From: Parcubacteria group bacterium Gr01-1014_8
GTDB lineage: Bacteria > Patescibacteriota > Minisyncoccia > Phycocordibacterales > UBA2100
Length of the DNA: 64,000 bases
Reading direction: 5' to 3'
Assembly (NCBI GenBank): GCA_007376385.1
Contig: VMGC01000001.1
Span: 128,001-192,000 of the forward strand
The notes below the pieces were generated by a model that saw only the letters and a program-made list of their open reading frames with translations, had not been told where the DNA came from and searched no databases. A program made the translations under genes and the position numbers. Of this stretch, positions 26,808-36,500 are shown in pieces. Position 1 is the stretch's first letter. Every line of letters starts with the position of its first letter.

Positions 26808-27197
26808 ATGGTTCAGACACTTGCGTGGGTTTTCGGGGTCGTTTTGACACTTGTCGGTGTTCTCGGATTCGTTCCGGGCATCACGAGTGATGGGATGCTT
26901 CTCGGTATCTTCATGGTGGATGGATTGCACAGTGTGATACACCTTGTCTCCGGTCTCGCAGCGCTCGCTGCAGCGTGGGGCATATGGAGTACACGTATGT
27001 ATTTCCAGGTGTTCGGTGTCATCTACGGTCTTGTAACTGTCATTGGATTCCTTCAGGGGGATACGGTGCTCGGCCTCATTGGAATTAACATGGCGGATAA
27101 CGTGCTTCATCTTTTGATAGCTGCAGTCGCGCTTTATGCGGGCTTCGGTATGAAAGAAGACGGTATGGGTATGAGTACGCCTCGGCCGGCGATGTAG
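26808..27197 (+). CDS. DUF4383-family small membrane protein.
   Basis: MVQTLAWVFGVVLTLVGVLGFVPG...LLGIFMVDGLHSVIHLVSGL matches the DUF4383 pattern. Confidence 0.55.
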   Translation: MVQTLAWVFGVVLTLVGVLGFVPGITSDGMLLGIFMVDGLHSVIHLVSGLAALAAAWGIWSTRMYFQVFGVIYGLVTVIGFLQGDTVLGLIGINMADNVLHLLIAAVALYAGFGMKEDGMGMSTPRPAM

Positions 27198-27326
27198 CCT
27201 CTCTGCGAAAGGTTAGTATACACACCGCCCAGGAAGGGCGGTGTTGTCGTAGGGAGCACACGCACGATTGTGGTATATCCACAAGTATATGTAGTAATCG
27301 ATGGTACTTGGAGGAATAATTAATGA

Positions 27327-27824
27327 GTGGCTCTTCTGAACTGCATTGTATGTGACAAGGAATTCAAAAGAAAACCTTTTCTCATACGCCGCAGTGGAGG
27401 TAAATATTGCTCAAATACTTGCCATTATTCGGATGCCCGCACTGGTAAAAAGATTTCCTGCTCAACTTGCGGCAAAGAGGTCTACAGGACTCCACGCAGA
27501 CTTAAACTCTCAAAAAGTAAAACTTATTTTTGCAACAAATCCTGCCAAACGTTATGGCGGAATCAATACTTTGTTGGGCGGAGACATAAGAACTGGATCC
27601 ATGGACGTGCTGCGTATCGCACAGTGCTCGCTCGAATAGGCCGAGAGAAAATATGCGAATCGTGTAAGACAAAAGATACTCGTGTTCTTGCAATTCATCA
27701 TATTGATCGAGTAAGAACGAACATTGATCCAAGCAATCTGGTGTGGCTTTGCCATAATTGCCATTTCCTCCTTCATCATTATGATGTGGGACGAGAGCGT
27801 GGTTTACTGAGATCGCATTCTTGA
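27327..27824 (+). CDS. HNH homing endonuclease with N-terminal zinc ribbons, free-standing.
   Basis: CxxC pairs are present (CIVCDKEF, CSTCGKEV). The HNH core is CESCKTKDTRVLAIHHIDR...NLVWLCHNCH. The gene ends 4 nt before tRNA-His. Confidence 0.75.
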   Translation: MALLNCIVCDKEFKRKPFLIRRSGGKYCSNTCHYSDARTGKKISCSTCGKEVYRTPRRLKLSKSKTYFCNKSCQTLWRNQYFVGRRHKNWIHGRAAYRTVLARIGREKICESCKTKDTRVLAIHHIDRVRTNIDPSNLVWLCHNCHFLLHHYDVGRERGLLRSHS

Positions 27825-27828
27825 TGAT

Positions 27829-27902
27829 GGTGGTCGTAGCTCAACTGGTAGAGCTCCTGGTTGTGGTCCAGGCGGTTGTGGGTTCAAGTCCCATCGATCA
27901 CC
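27829..27902 (+). tRNA. tRNA-His, anticodon GTG, with encoded G-1.
   Basis: G-1 is paired with discriminator C. The acceptor is GTGGTCG/CGATCAC and the anticodon stem-loop is CCTGG-TTGTGGT-CCAGG. The T-arm is GTGGG-TTCAAGT-CCCAT. Confidence 0.85.
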
Positions 27903-28033
27903 CTGATATTGGTGAAAGAAATATGAAGCGGGAGCGTCTGTACACACGGACACTTTTACCGTTCTGCTATAATGGGGTCAAATAGTGGCCCTAATCGTAG
28001 CCTTATAAATTATTAAGCTTATATAATTACTCT

Positions 28034-28852
28034 ATGGAACCAGACAAAAAAGAGATACGCATAATGCCGCCGGACTTGATAGTCAAAGTAGGCGCTACAG
28101 CTCTCGGTATGCTTGCGCTGTTTCTCCTCGTCATGACCGTCTCTCAATTAAAAGAATTTCGATATATTGGAAGCGGCGTGACTGCGACAAATACAATCAG
28201 TGTTTCGGGCATGGGCGAGGTTTTTGCGATACCTGATACCGCGACATTCACTGTGTCAGTGCATGAAGAAGCCGAAACAGTGACGTTTGCTCAAGAAGAA
28301 GCGGCAAAAAAGATAAACGCCATTAAAGCGTATCTATTGGAGGCCGGAGTAGAGGAGAAAGATATCAAGACTGTCTCATACAACGTGAATCCCAAGTATG
28401 AGTGGGAAACTGTTGCGTGTCGTGAAGGTTATTGCCCGGGAGGAAAGCAGACACTCATCGGATTTGAGGTCTACCAATCTTACTCGGTGAAAGTGAAAGA
28501 TACGAAAAAGGCCGGGGAACTTCTCTCGGGTGTTGGAGGGAAAGGCGCATCCGATGTAAGCGGTCTCTCATTTACGATCGAGGACGAAGATACGTTGAAG
28601 GCGGAGGCGCGTAAGCAGGCGATACAGGAGGCGCAAGTGAAGGCGGACGCACTCGCTTCGCAGCTTGGCGTCAAAATCGCCCGCGTCGTAGGATTCTATG
28701 AAGATAGCGGCGGTTACCCACCGCCGTACGCATACGGCATGGGAGGGGACGCAGCAATGTCGAGAGTGGAATCAGCAAAGGTGGCGCCAGAGTTACCTGT
28801 CGGTGAGAACAAGATAGTATCGAACGTGAACGTGACATACGAGATACGCTAA
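28034..28852 (+). CDS. SIMPL-domain (DUF541) periplasmic/secreted protein.
   Basis: After an N-terminal TM segment comes VSGMGEVFAIPDTATFTVSVHEEAETVTFAQEEAAKKINAIKAYL. A C-terminal repeat follows. Together these are typical of SIMPL/BP26. Confidence 0.65.
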   Translation: MEPDKKEIRIMPPDLIVKVGATALGMLALFLLVMTVSQLKEFRYIGSGVTATNTISVSGMGEVFAIPDTATFTVSVHEEAETVTFAQEEAAKKINAIKAYLLEAGVEEKDIKTVSYNVNPKYEWETVACREGYCPGGKQTLIGFEVYQSYSVKVKDTKKAGELLSGVGGKGASDVSGLSFTIEDEDTLKAEARKQAIQEAQVKADALASQLGVKIARVVGFYEDSGGYPPPYAYGMGGDAAMSRVESAKVAPELPVGENKIVSNVNVTYEIR

Positions 28853-28884
28853 AAGCAAAAGCGAAAGTAAAAACAAACAGAAGC

Positions 28885-28919
28885 AACCGCCTCATTTTTC
28901 TGAAATGAGGCGGTTTTTC
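28885..28919 (+). terminator. Rho-independent terminator after the SIMPL gene.
   Basis: The stem is AACCGCCTCAT / ATGAGGCGGTT, followed by TTTTT. Confidence 0.6.
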
Positions 28920-28925
28920 GGGATA

Positions 28926-28982
28926 TTGACGTTTATCGCCTTGTGAGTACAATGACCGGCATAAGCCCCGCAAGGGGTTTTT
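28926..28982 (+). promoter_or_regulatory. Sigma70-like promoter (TTGACG-16-TACAAT) immediately followed by a CCCC-GCAA-GGGG hairpin plus T-run; possible attenuator upstream of secE-nusG-rplK.
   Basis: TTGACG lies at 28926-28931 and TACAAT at 28948-28953. The hairpin plus TTTTT lies at 28966-28982. Confidence 0.35.
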
Positions 28983-29048
28983 AGATTGGAGTGATTAACT
29001 CATGGGATATAGGGTAAAGAAAACGCGCTAAACCTAGCATAAACGTAT

Positions 29049-29315
29049 ATGTCATTTCTACAATATTTGAAGGATACAAGGGGTGAGTTGCATCACGTAG
29101 CGTGGCCTACGAGAGTTCAGACCATCGTCTATACGGCGCTTGTAATGGCGCTCTCTATAGGTGTCGCTCTTTACCTCGGTGTATTCGATTATTTGTTTAC
29201 GACTGGGCTTAGCAAGAGCTTGGAAATGCTTCCGCAGCAGGAGAGCGGCATTCAGCTTAACAGCGATCTTGACTTCCAGCCGAACCTCGTCGTTTCTACC
29301 ACGACGACTGAGTAG
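29049..29315 (+). CDS. secE: Preprotein translocase subunit SecE.
   Basis: The product has ELHHVAWPTRVQTIVYTALVMALSIGVALYLGVFD with a single TM segment. It sits directly upstream of nusG. Confidence 0.7.
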   Translation: MSFLQYLKDTRGELHHVAWPTRVQTIVYTALVMALSIGVALYLGVFDYLFTTGLSKSLEMLPQQESGIQLNSDLDFQPNLVVSTTTTE

Positions 29316-29320
29316 TTTTT

Positions 29321-29866
29321 ATGGCGAAACAAACCTATGGAACAGAACGGCAGTGGTATGCAGTGCACACATACTCCGGGTACGAGGATGCCGTTGCGCG
29401 CAACTTAAAGCAGCGCGTCGAGTCCTTTGGCATGCAAGACAAGATATTCAACGTCGTCGTGCCGACTGAAAAGAAGATAAAGATAAAAGGAGGCCGCAAG
29501 ACAGAAGTTCGCGAGAAAACATTTCCCGGTTACGTTCTCGTCGACATGATAGCAACGGATGATGCATGGAGCGTTGTTCGGAACACGCCGCAAGTAACTG
29601 GTTTTGTGGGGACAGCGAATCAGGCCGTGCCGCTTTCACCGGAAGAAGTGGAACAAATATTGAAGCGAGCGGGGGGAGAGACCGTACGACACGCGATTGA
29701 TCTCTCCGAAGGGGATGCGGTCATCATCATTGACGGGCCGTTCAAAGACTTGGAAGGTAAGGTTGGAGAGATTGACGAAGAGCGCGGAAAGGTTAAGGTA
29801 TTGGTTCCGATGTTCGGACGCGAGACTCCAGTAGAACTCGAGGCCGATCAAGTACAGCGAGTATAA
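29321..29866 (+). CDS. nusG: Transcription termination/antitermination factor NusG.
   Basis: WYAVHTYSGYEDAV forms the NGN domain. The C-terminal KOW is GDAVIIIDGPFKDLEGKVGEID. Confidence 0.9.
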   Translation: MAKQTYGTERQWYAVHTYSGYEDAVARNLKQRVESFGMQDKIFNVVVPTEKKIKIKGGRKTEVREKTFPGYVLVDMIATDDAWSVVRNTPQVTGFVGTANQAVPLSPEEVEQILKRAGGETVRHAIDLSEGDAVIIIDGPFKDLEGKVGEIDEERGKVKVLVPMFGRETPVELEADQVQRV

Positions 29867-29870
29867 ATTC

Positions 29871-30003
29871 GAAGCACGAAGCACGAAGCACGAAATCCGA
29901 AAAAATATGAAATCCAAAATTAAAAATCGAACGAATTCAGAGTCATTTAGTTGTTTAAAATTTAGTGCTTTTTCGAATTTCGAATTTCGAATTTCGAATT
30001 TTT
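29871..30003 (+). repeat. Tandem heptamer repeats in the nusG-rplK spacer: (CGAAGCA)x3 and (TTCGAAT)x4.
   Basis: cgaagcacgaagcacgaagcacgaaat lies at 29871-29897. tttcgaatttcgaatttcgaatttcgaattttt lies at 29968-30000. The two blocks are partly inverted relative to each other. Confidence 0.6.
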
Positions 30004-30012
30004 CATAAATTT

Positions 30013-30435
30013 ATGGCAAAAGCAGTCGCAAAACTCATAAAATTACAGCTTCCTGCGGGGCAGGCCACGCCAGCTCCGCCGGTAGGAACAGTTCTTGGAC
30101 CAGCAGGCGTGAATATTGGCGAGTTCGTCAATCAGTTCAACAGCCAAACACGGGACAAAATGGGCAGCATTCTTCCGGTTCTTATGACCGTCTACACGGA
30201 CCGAACGTTCACGTTCGTCATCAAGAAGCCGCCGGCATCGCGTTCGATCTTGAAAATATTGGGCCTTGAAAAAGGCTCCGGCACGCCGCATTCGAGCAAA
30301 GTAGGGAAGCTCTCAAAACAGCAGCTTGAACAGCTCGCAACGGACAAAATGGAAGACTTGAATGCGAACGATTTGGAACAAGCAAAGAAGATAATCGCAG
30401 GAACAGCGCGGTCAATGGGCGTGGATGTGGGATAA
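30013..30435 (+). CDS. rplK: 50S ribosomal protein L11.
   Basis: [43 protein letters not shown] is the L11 N-terminal signature. The start was refined to the ATG at 30013. Confidence 0.9.
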   Translation: MAKAVAKLIKLQLPAGQATPAPPVGTVLGPAGVNIGEFVNQFNSQTRDKMGSILPVLMTVYTDRTFTFVIKKPPASRSILKILGLEKGSGTPHSSKVGKLSKQQLEQLATDKMEDLNANDLEQAKKIIAGTARSMGVDVG

Positions 30436-30500
30436 GGAACATCCACGAGCCGGAGGCTGACGAGCCGAGGCGGGCTCGCACAAATTTTCAGGAGAAAAGT

Positions 30501-31199
30501 ATGCGTGGGTCGACACAGAATCCTAAAACTATGAAGATCGATGTCATCTTCTTACGCTCTGACGTCGACTTCACGGCAAAAGAAAAATCTGAGATCCAAC
30601 GGGCCCTTGTACCGCATGTTAGAAGAGCTGCAAAAATCCTGCGCTACAGTCCGCGAACCTTCACGATTACGATTCACCCTAGTTGGCCACGACGAGACCG
30701 GCAAGGAATGCCCGCCTATACTCAATTGAGAGACTGGATTTGGATAGCCGTCAATCATAGGCAATTCCGTTCGAGCAAACATCACGCGCGACTCATGGAG
30801 CGGCTCAAGTACCTTGCATACCACGAAACACACCATGCGGCGCGTGATTATGCGGGCTTCTTGTCGGGGAAGCGTCATCACATACTGCTTAACTCCGTCG
30901 TATCCGAAGGGTTGGCCGACACATTTGCACTCGAACAATACCCGAGTGATTACGTTTGTTCATATGTGATTTATGACGAGTACGAAGCGCGGCGTTGGTT
31001 CAAGAAGATGAAGAAAATGCACCAGACAGAATATCCATCATCGTGGCTTTTCGGAGGGGATGGGAAACCGAAGTTCGTGGCGTACAAAGTAGGGCGCTAC
31101 ATTGTTGCCGAAGCGAAAAAACGATATCCGAAATTAAATGCCACAAAGTTGCTTCATGTAGACTATAGGCGCGTGATAAGACTCGCGGGTCTGAAATAA
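30501..31199 (+). CDS. Putative zinc-dependent peptidase (HExxH motif, DUF2268-like); tentative.
   Basis: YHETHHAARD contains HETHH, a metallopeptidase-like motif. There is no other strong match. Confidence 0.35.
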   Translation: MRGSTQNPKTMKIDVIFLRSDVDFTAKEKSEIQRALVPHVRRAAKILRYSPRTFTITIHPSWPRRDRQGMPAYTQLRDWIWIAVNHRQFRSSKHHARLMERLKYLAYHETHHAARDYAGFLSGKRHHILLNSVVSEGLADTFALEQYPSDYVCSYVIYDEYEARRWFKKMKKMHQTEYPSSWLFGGDGKPKFVAYKVGRYIVAEAKKRYPKLNATKLLHVDYRRVIRLAGLK

Positions 31200-31242
31200 A
31201 TTTTGGGGGCGGCGCTTTCTATGCTCCCGAATCAGGGGCATA

Positions 31243-31869
31243 ATGCGCTCTATGAAGGGCTTATTCATTGTTATCGACGGTCTTGGCGGATCCGGCAAAA
31301 CGACGCAGCTCGCACTCTTGAAAAAGCGTTTTGGAAAGAATGCGCTCTTCACGCATGAGCCGGGGGGTGCACCACGTGCTGAACGAATCAGAAACATCCT
31401 CAAAAGCGGCAAAGGGCCAAAACCAGACCCGCTTACAGATTTTTTCCTTTTTTGGGCGGCTCGTGCTGAACATATGAGCAGAGGAATTGTGCCCGCGCTC
31501 CGGAAGGGAAAACTTGTTATTTGTGATCGTTTTGATTCTTCGACATTTGCGATGCAGATTCGTGGGGACGAGCAAAAAAATTCGGAGAAACTGTTCTGGC
31601 AATGTCGTGAACATACCCTTGCCGATAATAAGCCCAATCTGTATATAATTCTTGATACGCCAGCTGCTCTTGCACGTTCTCGCCGCAAAAGTAGGAGAGG
31701 AGAGGATAGATTCGACGAGAGAAAGGGCACGTACCAAAGACGTGTGCGAACAGGATATTTGGAATTTGCGAAGCGCATGGGCACGCGTGCCATTGTTGTA
31801 GATGCGTCGATGCCTGTCCTCGAAGTTCACGAGAAGATATTGGAACTGATCCAGAAGGTGCGTTCATAG
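31243..31869 (+). CDS. tmk: Thymidylate (dTMP) kinase.
   Basis: LFIVIDGLGGSGKTTQ is the P-loop. DRF and the lid region RRKSRRGEDRFDER are typical of Tmk. Confidence 0.85.
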   Translation: MRSMKGLFIVIDGLGGSGKTTQLALLKKRFGKNALFTHEPGGAPRAERIRNILKSGKGPKPDPLTDFFLFWAARAEHMSRGIVPALRKGKLVICDRFDSSTFAMQIRGDEQKNSEKLFWQCREHTLADNKPNLYIILDTPAALARSRRKSRRGEDRFDERKGTYQRRVRTGYLEFAKRMGTRAIVVDASMPVLEVHEKILELIQKVRS

Positions 31870-31883
31870 CATACAATTAGTGC

Positions 31884-33557
31884 ATGGATCCAGTTTTAAA
31901 CGTTCGAGAGAAGTTAGTTGATGCTCTGAAAGACATCGGCGTTTCGATAACAGTTACTGATATCACGCTGGGGCTCACCGATAATCTGTCGTTTGGCGAC
32001 TACGCGACGAGCGTTGCTCTCGCATATGCGAAAGAGGCGGGGGTAAAACCGCGCGAGCTTGCAGAAAAACTTGTTGCATCGATGGGATCAGTTGAGGGAA
32101 TCTCAAAGATTGATATTGCGGGGCCGGGGTTCATAAATTTTACTCTCGACCCTCGATTCGTATACAAGTCGCTCGAAGCGGGTCTTATGCAGGAAGAGCA
32201 ATGGGGGAGCGGACTTTCGCGAAAAGGAAAGAAGATGATGATCGAATACACTGACCCGAACCCGTTCAAGGAATTTCACATTGGCCACCTTGTTCCGAAT
32301 ACGCTTGGAGAAAGCATCTCGCGATTGCTAATGTTTTCCGGGGCGGAGGTAAAGCGCGCGAACTATCAGGGCGATGTCGGTATCCATGTCGCAAAGTCCC
32401 TTTTCATTCAGTTGGAGAAGGGTATTACAGACCCGACAATCGAGGACCTTGCAAGCGCCTATCCTGAGGGCTCGCGCCGATACGATGAGGACCCTGAAGC
32501 GAAAAAAGCCATTGATGAGCTGAACAAAAAGATTTACGACAAGAGCGACGAGAAGATCAATGCGTTGTACGCAAAGGGAAGAGCGCTCTCTCTCGCGCAC
32601 TTTGAGGAGTTATACAAAGTTCTTGGAACAACATTCGATTACTATTTTTTCGAAAGCGAGACGGGACCGATCGGCGTGAAGGAAGTGCGGGCGCATCCGG
32701 ACGTGTTCGAAGAAAGCGAAGGCGCCGTTGTGTTCAAGGGGGAGAAGTACGGCTTGCATACGCGTGTATTCATCAACAAGCTTGGGCTCCCGACGTACGA
32801 AGCAAAAGAACTCGGGCTCGCGCGAATGAAGGCAGAGAAATATCAATTCGATCTTACGCTCACAATAACCGCAAATGAGCAGGCGGAATACTTCAAGGTG
32901 GTCATGAAAGCCATGGAACTTTCGCTTCCTGACCTTCGCGGCAAACTCGCGTTCAAGACAAATGGTTTGCTTCGTTTTGCTGACGGAAAAATGTCATCAC
33001 GCCTTGGCAATATCATTACCGGGGAGGAGTTGATAGGCGACCTGAAAGAGAAGGCCATGGAACGCGCATCAAAGAGCAGGGCTACGGACGCGCAAAAACT
33101 GGCTGGTGAAGTTGCGGTTGGTGCCATCAAATATCAAATACTCAAGCAAGGGTTTGGGAAAGATATTATTTTCGACAGAGAACGGGCGCTCTCGCTAGAG
33201 GGCGATTCCGGTCCATACCTTCAGTACGCACATGCCCGAACGAGTGCAATTGTTGAAAAAGCGAGGGGGACGGGCATCGTCGTGAAATTCGATACTGCGA
33301 GCGGTGCGAGCGAACTCGTACGCCGCTTATACCGATTCAACGAGATTGTTATGCGCGCGACAGACGAGCTTGAGCCGCATCTTGTTGCCACCTACCTCAT
33401 CAATCTTGCGGCGGCATTCAATAGCTGGTACGCGAATGAGCAGATACTCGATGGAACACTTGGTGCGTCTCACAAAGTTGCGATAACTGATATCACGAGG
33501 CAGACGCTCAAAAATGGACTTTGGCTCCTCGGTATTCCGGCGCCGGAAAAGATGTGA
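31884..33557 (+). CDS. argS: Arginyl-tRNA synthetase.
   Basis: The class I HIGH motif is present (FHIGHLVPN). The N-terminal additional domain and DALR-like C-terminus are also present. Confidence 0.9.
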   Translation: MDPVLNVREKLVDALKDIGVSITVTDITLGLTDNLSFGDYATSVALAYAKEAGVKPRELAEKLVASMGSVEGISKIDIAGPGFINFTLDPRFVYKSLEAGLMQEEQWGSGLSRKGKKMMIEYTDPNPFKEFHIGHLVPNTLGESISRLLMFSGAEVKRANYQGDVGIHVAKSLFIQLEKGITDPTIEDLASAYPEGSRRYDEDPEAKKAIDELNKKIYDKSDEKINALYAKGRALSLAHFEELYKVLGTTFDYYFFESETGPIGVKEVRAHPDVFEESEGAVVFKGEKYGLHTRVFINKLGLPTYEAKELGLARMKAEKYQFDLTLTITANEQAEYFKVVMKAMELSLPDLRGKLAFKTNGLLRFADGKMSSRLGNIITGEELIGDLKEKAMERASKSRATDAQKLAGEVAVGAIKYQILKQGFGKDIIFDRERALSLEGDSGPYLQYAHARTSAIVEKARGTGIVVKFDTASGASELVRRLYRFNEIVMRATDELEPHLVATYLINLAAAFNSWYANEQILDGTLGASHKVAITDITRQTLKNGLWLLGIPAPEKM

Positions 33558-33595
33558 AGCGTTTCAGCGGAGCATATTTCTGTTAGGATGTCGAA

Positions 33596-36500
33596 ATGGC
33601 CGAACAAAACTCACAAGAAAAGAGCGAGACTGCAAAACGAGAAGAGGAGGTGTTGAAGTTTTGGAAAGAGAACACTATCTTCGAGAAATCGCTCAAAAAG
33701 AGAGCTCCGAAAGGCGAGTTTGTTTTTTATGATGGACCTCCGTTTGCGACTGGCTTGCCGCATACGGGTTCGCTCCTTTCATCCATCATCAAAGATGTCG
33801 TGCCGCGCTATAAAACAATGCGGGGATACGTGGTGCAGAGGCGCTGGGGATGGGATTGCCATGGGCTTCCTATCGAGAGCCTTATCGAAAAACGTCTGAA
33901 CTTAAAGACGAAGAAAGACATCCTTGATATCGGCATCGACACATTCAACGAGGCTGCACGGGCGAGTGTGATGGAATTTGAGCACGAGTGGGAAAAGTAT
34001 GTCGACCGTGTCGGCCGATGGGTCGACTTCAAGAATTCCTACAAAACGATGGATAACTCGTACATCGAGAGCGTATGGTGGGCTTTGAAGCAGTTGTATG
34101 AAAAATCGCTGTTGTATGAAGGCAATAAAGTACTCATGTATTGTCCTCACTGCGAGACGCCGCTTGCGAAAGCGGAGATAGCGATGGACCATACGTACAA
34201 AGACATTACAGAAGAGGCGGTCACTGTCCGGTTCAAGATAAAACGTCCGTCGCGCTACGGACTTCCCGAGAATACTCACTTCCTTGCGTGGACGACAACA
34301 CCGTGGACATTGCCGGGCAACGTCGGTCTTGCAGTCGGTCCTGGCATTAGTTATGTTCTTGTGCCGGAATCCGGCGGGATGGCCATCGTTGCCAAGGATC
34401 GCCTCGACATCTTGAAAAAAAGTGCACGTCCGCGGGTAAGCGTCGACATGGGCAGGGAATATAAAGGTTCGGAGCTTGTCGGGATGGAATATGAGCCTTT
34501 GTATGACGTTGTTTCGGTCATCAGACATGGGGGCAATAAACACGTTGTACTCCCTGCGGATTTTGTGTCGACGGAAGAGGGAACGGGCGTCGTGCACACG
34601 GCAGTGATGTACGGAGAAGATGACTTCGCACTGGGGCAAAAAGAAAATCTGCCCAAAGTGCAACTACTCAATCCGAATGGCACATACAACAAAGAAGCGC
34701 CAGCATTTTTACAAGGAAAATATATCAAGGAAGCAGAGAGAGATATTAAACGCGATCTCGAATCGCGCGGACTCCTTTTTGAACGCGAGAATCATACGCA
34801 CTCATATCCGCATTGCTATCGATGCGGGACGCCATTAATTTACAATGCTGTCGCGTCGTGGTTCATCAATATTCAGAAAGTGAAGGACAAAATGCTTTCA
34901 GAGAACGAAAAAGTACAGTGGGTACCGGAACATCTGAAGCACGGGCGCTTCAAGAATATCGTGGAGAATGCGCCAGATTGGACAATTTCGCGCAATCGCT
35001 TTTGGGCGTCGCCGCTTCCTATCTGGAAAGAGAAGAAAGGGAATCGCGTGATGGTTGTCGGTTCACTCGACGAGATAAAGAAAAAGTCGAAGAAAAGCGG
35101 TAATAAATATTTTGTGATGCGGCATGCGTGGTCAACCGGGAATGAGAATGGCACGCTGAGTTCAGACAAGGATGCGGACATCGGTCTGACAGAGAAAGGG
35201 ATCGCGGACGCTCGCGCATCCCTGCGAGCATTCGGAACGAAAGTGGATATCATCTATACGTCGTCCTTTAAACGAACCCGCGAGACTGCAGATATAGCAG
35301 CGGAGGTGCTTGGCGTGCCAAAGGAACATATCAAATCTGATGATAGATTAGGAGAATGCAATTTTGGTCCATACAGCGGGAAGACGCTTGAGGAGTACCA
35401 CGCGGCATTCCCGGAAAAGGCAGAGCGATTCAGTAAAGGCCCTGAAGGTGGGGAGACGTACGTAGAAATTCGTCGACGTATGATGTCGGTTCTGTCCGAA
35501 TTGGAAAAAAGTGAGAAAGGCAAAAATATCCTTATCATCTCGCACGGCACGCCGCTCTGGCTTCTCTGTGCATCTGCGAGAGGGCTCTCTCGCGAAGAGG
35601 CGCTCTCGACTCGCGAGACGGATTATCCGAAACAAAGTGTTATCACCGAACTCTCGTTCGTACCGCTTCCCTATAACGCCGACTATGAATTGGACCTTCA
35701 TCGACCGTATACGGATTCATTGACGCTCCTCGATGAAGAGGGGCGAGAATACGAACGAATTCCGGAGGTCGTGGACTGCTGGGTCGAGTCCGGCTCCATG
35801 CCCTTTGCGGAACAGCACTATCCATTCGAGAATAAATCGGTATTTGAAAAGAGAGCGCCGGGCGATTTTATCGCTGAATATATAGCTCAAACGAGGACGT
35901 GGTTCTACTATATGCACGCGATGGGCGTTCTCCTATTCGGAAGGCTCGCATTCCGAAATGTTGTTTCGACGGGAACCATTCTTGCGGCAGATTCATCTAA
36001 AATGTCGAAGTCGAAGGGAAACTACACGGACCCTTTGGTTGTTATGGACCGCTATGGCGCGGATGCGTTGCGCTTCTATTTGATGGGAAGCGTCGTGATG
36101 CAGGCAGAGGATCTGAATTTTCGCGATGAGGATGTTCGCGATACGCATAATCGCGTTATGGGGCTTTTGTGGAATACATATAAATTCTATGAGCTCTACA
36201 AAAAAGAATACGAAGGAAAAGCTTTTGCGAAAAGAAGCACGAATTTGTTGGACCAATGGGTCATCGCACGGCTTAATGAAACTGTGCGCACAGTTACAAA
36301 TGCGCTTGATGCGTTCAATATGCCGCCTGCAGCACGGGCCATACGAGATTTCGTTGAAGATTATTCCACGTGGTATGTGCGCCGCTCCAGGGAGCGCGTG
36401 AAGGGTTCTGATAAGGCGGATAAACAATTCGCGCTTGCGACGCAAAGAGAAGTACTGCTCGATGTTGCGAAAATGCTCGCGCCCATTGCTCCTTTCATAG

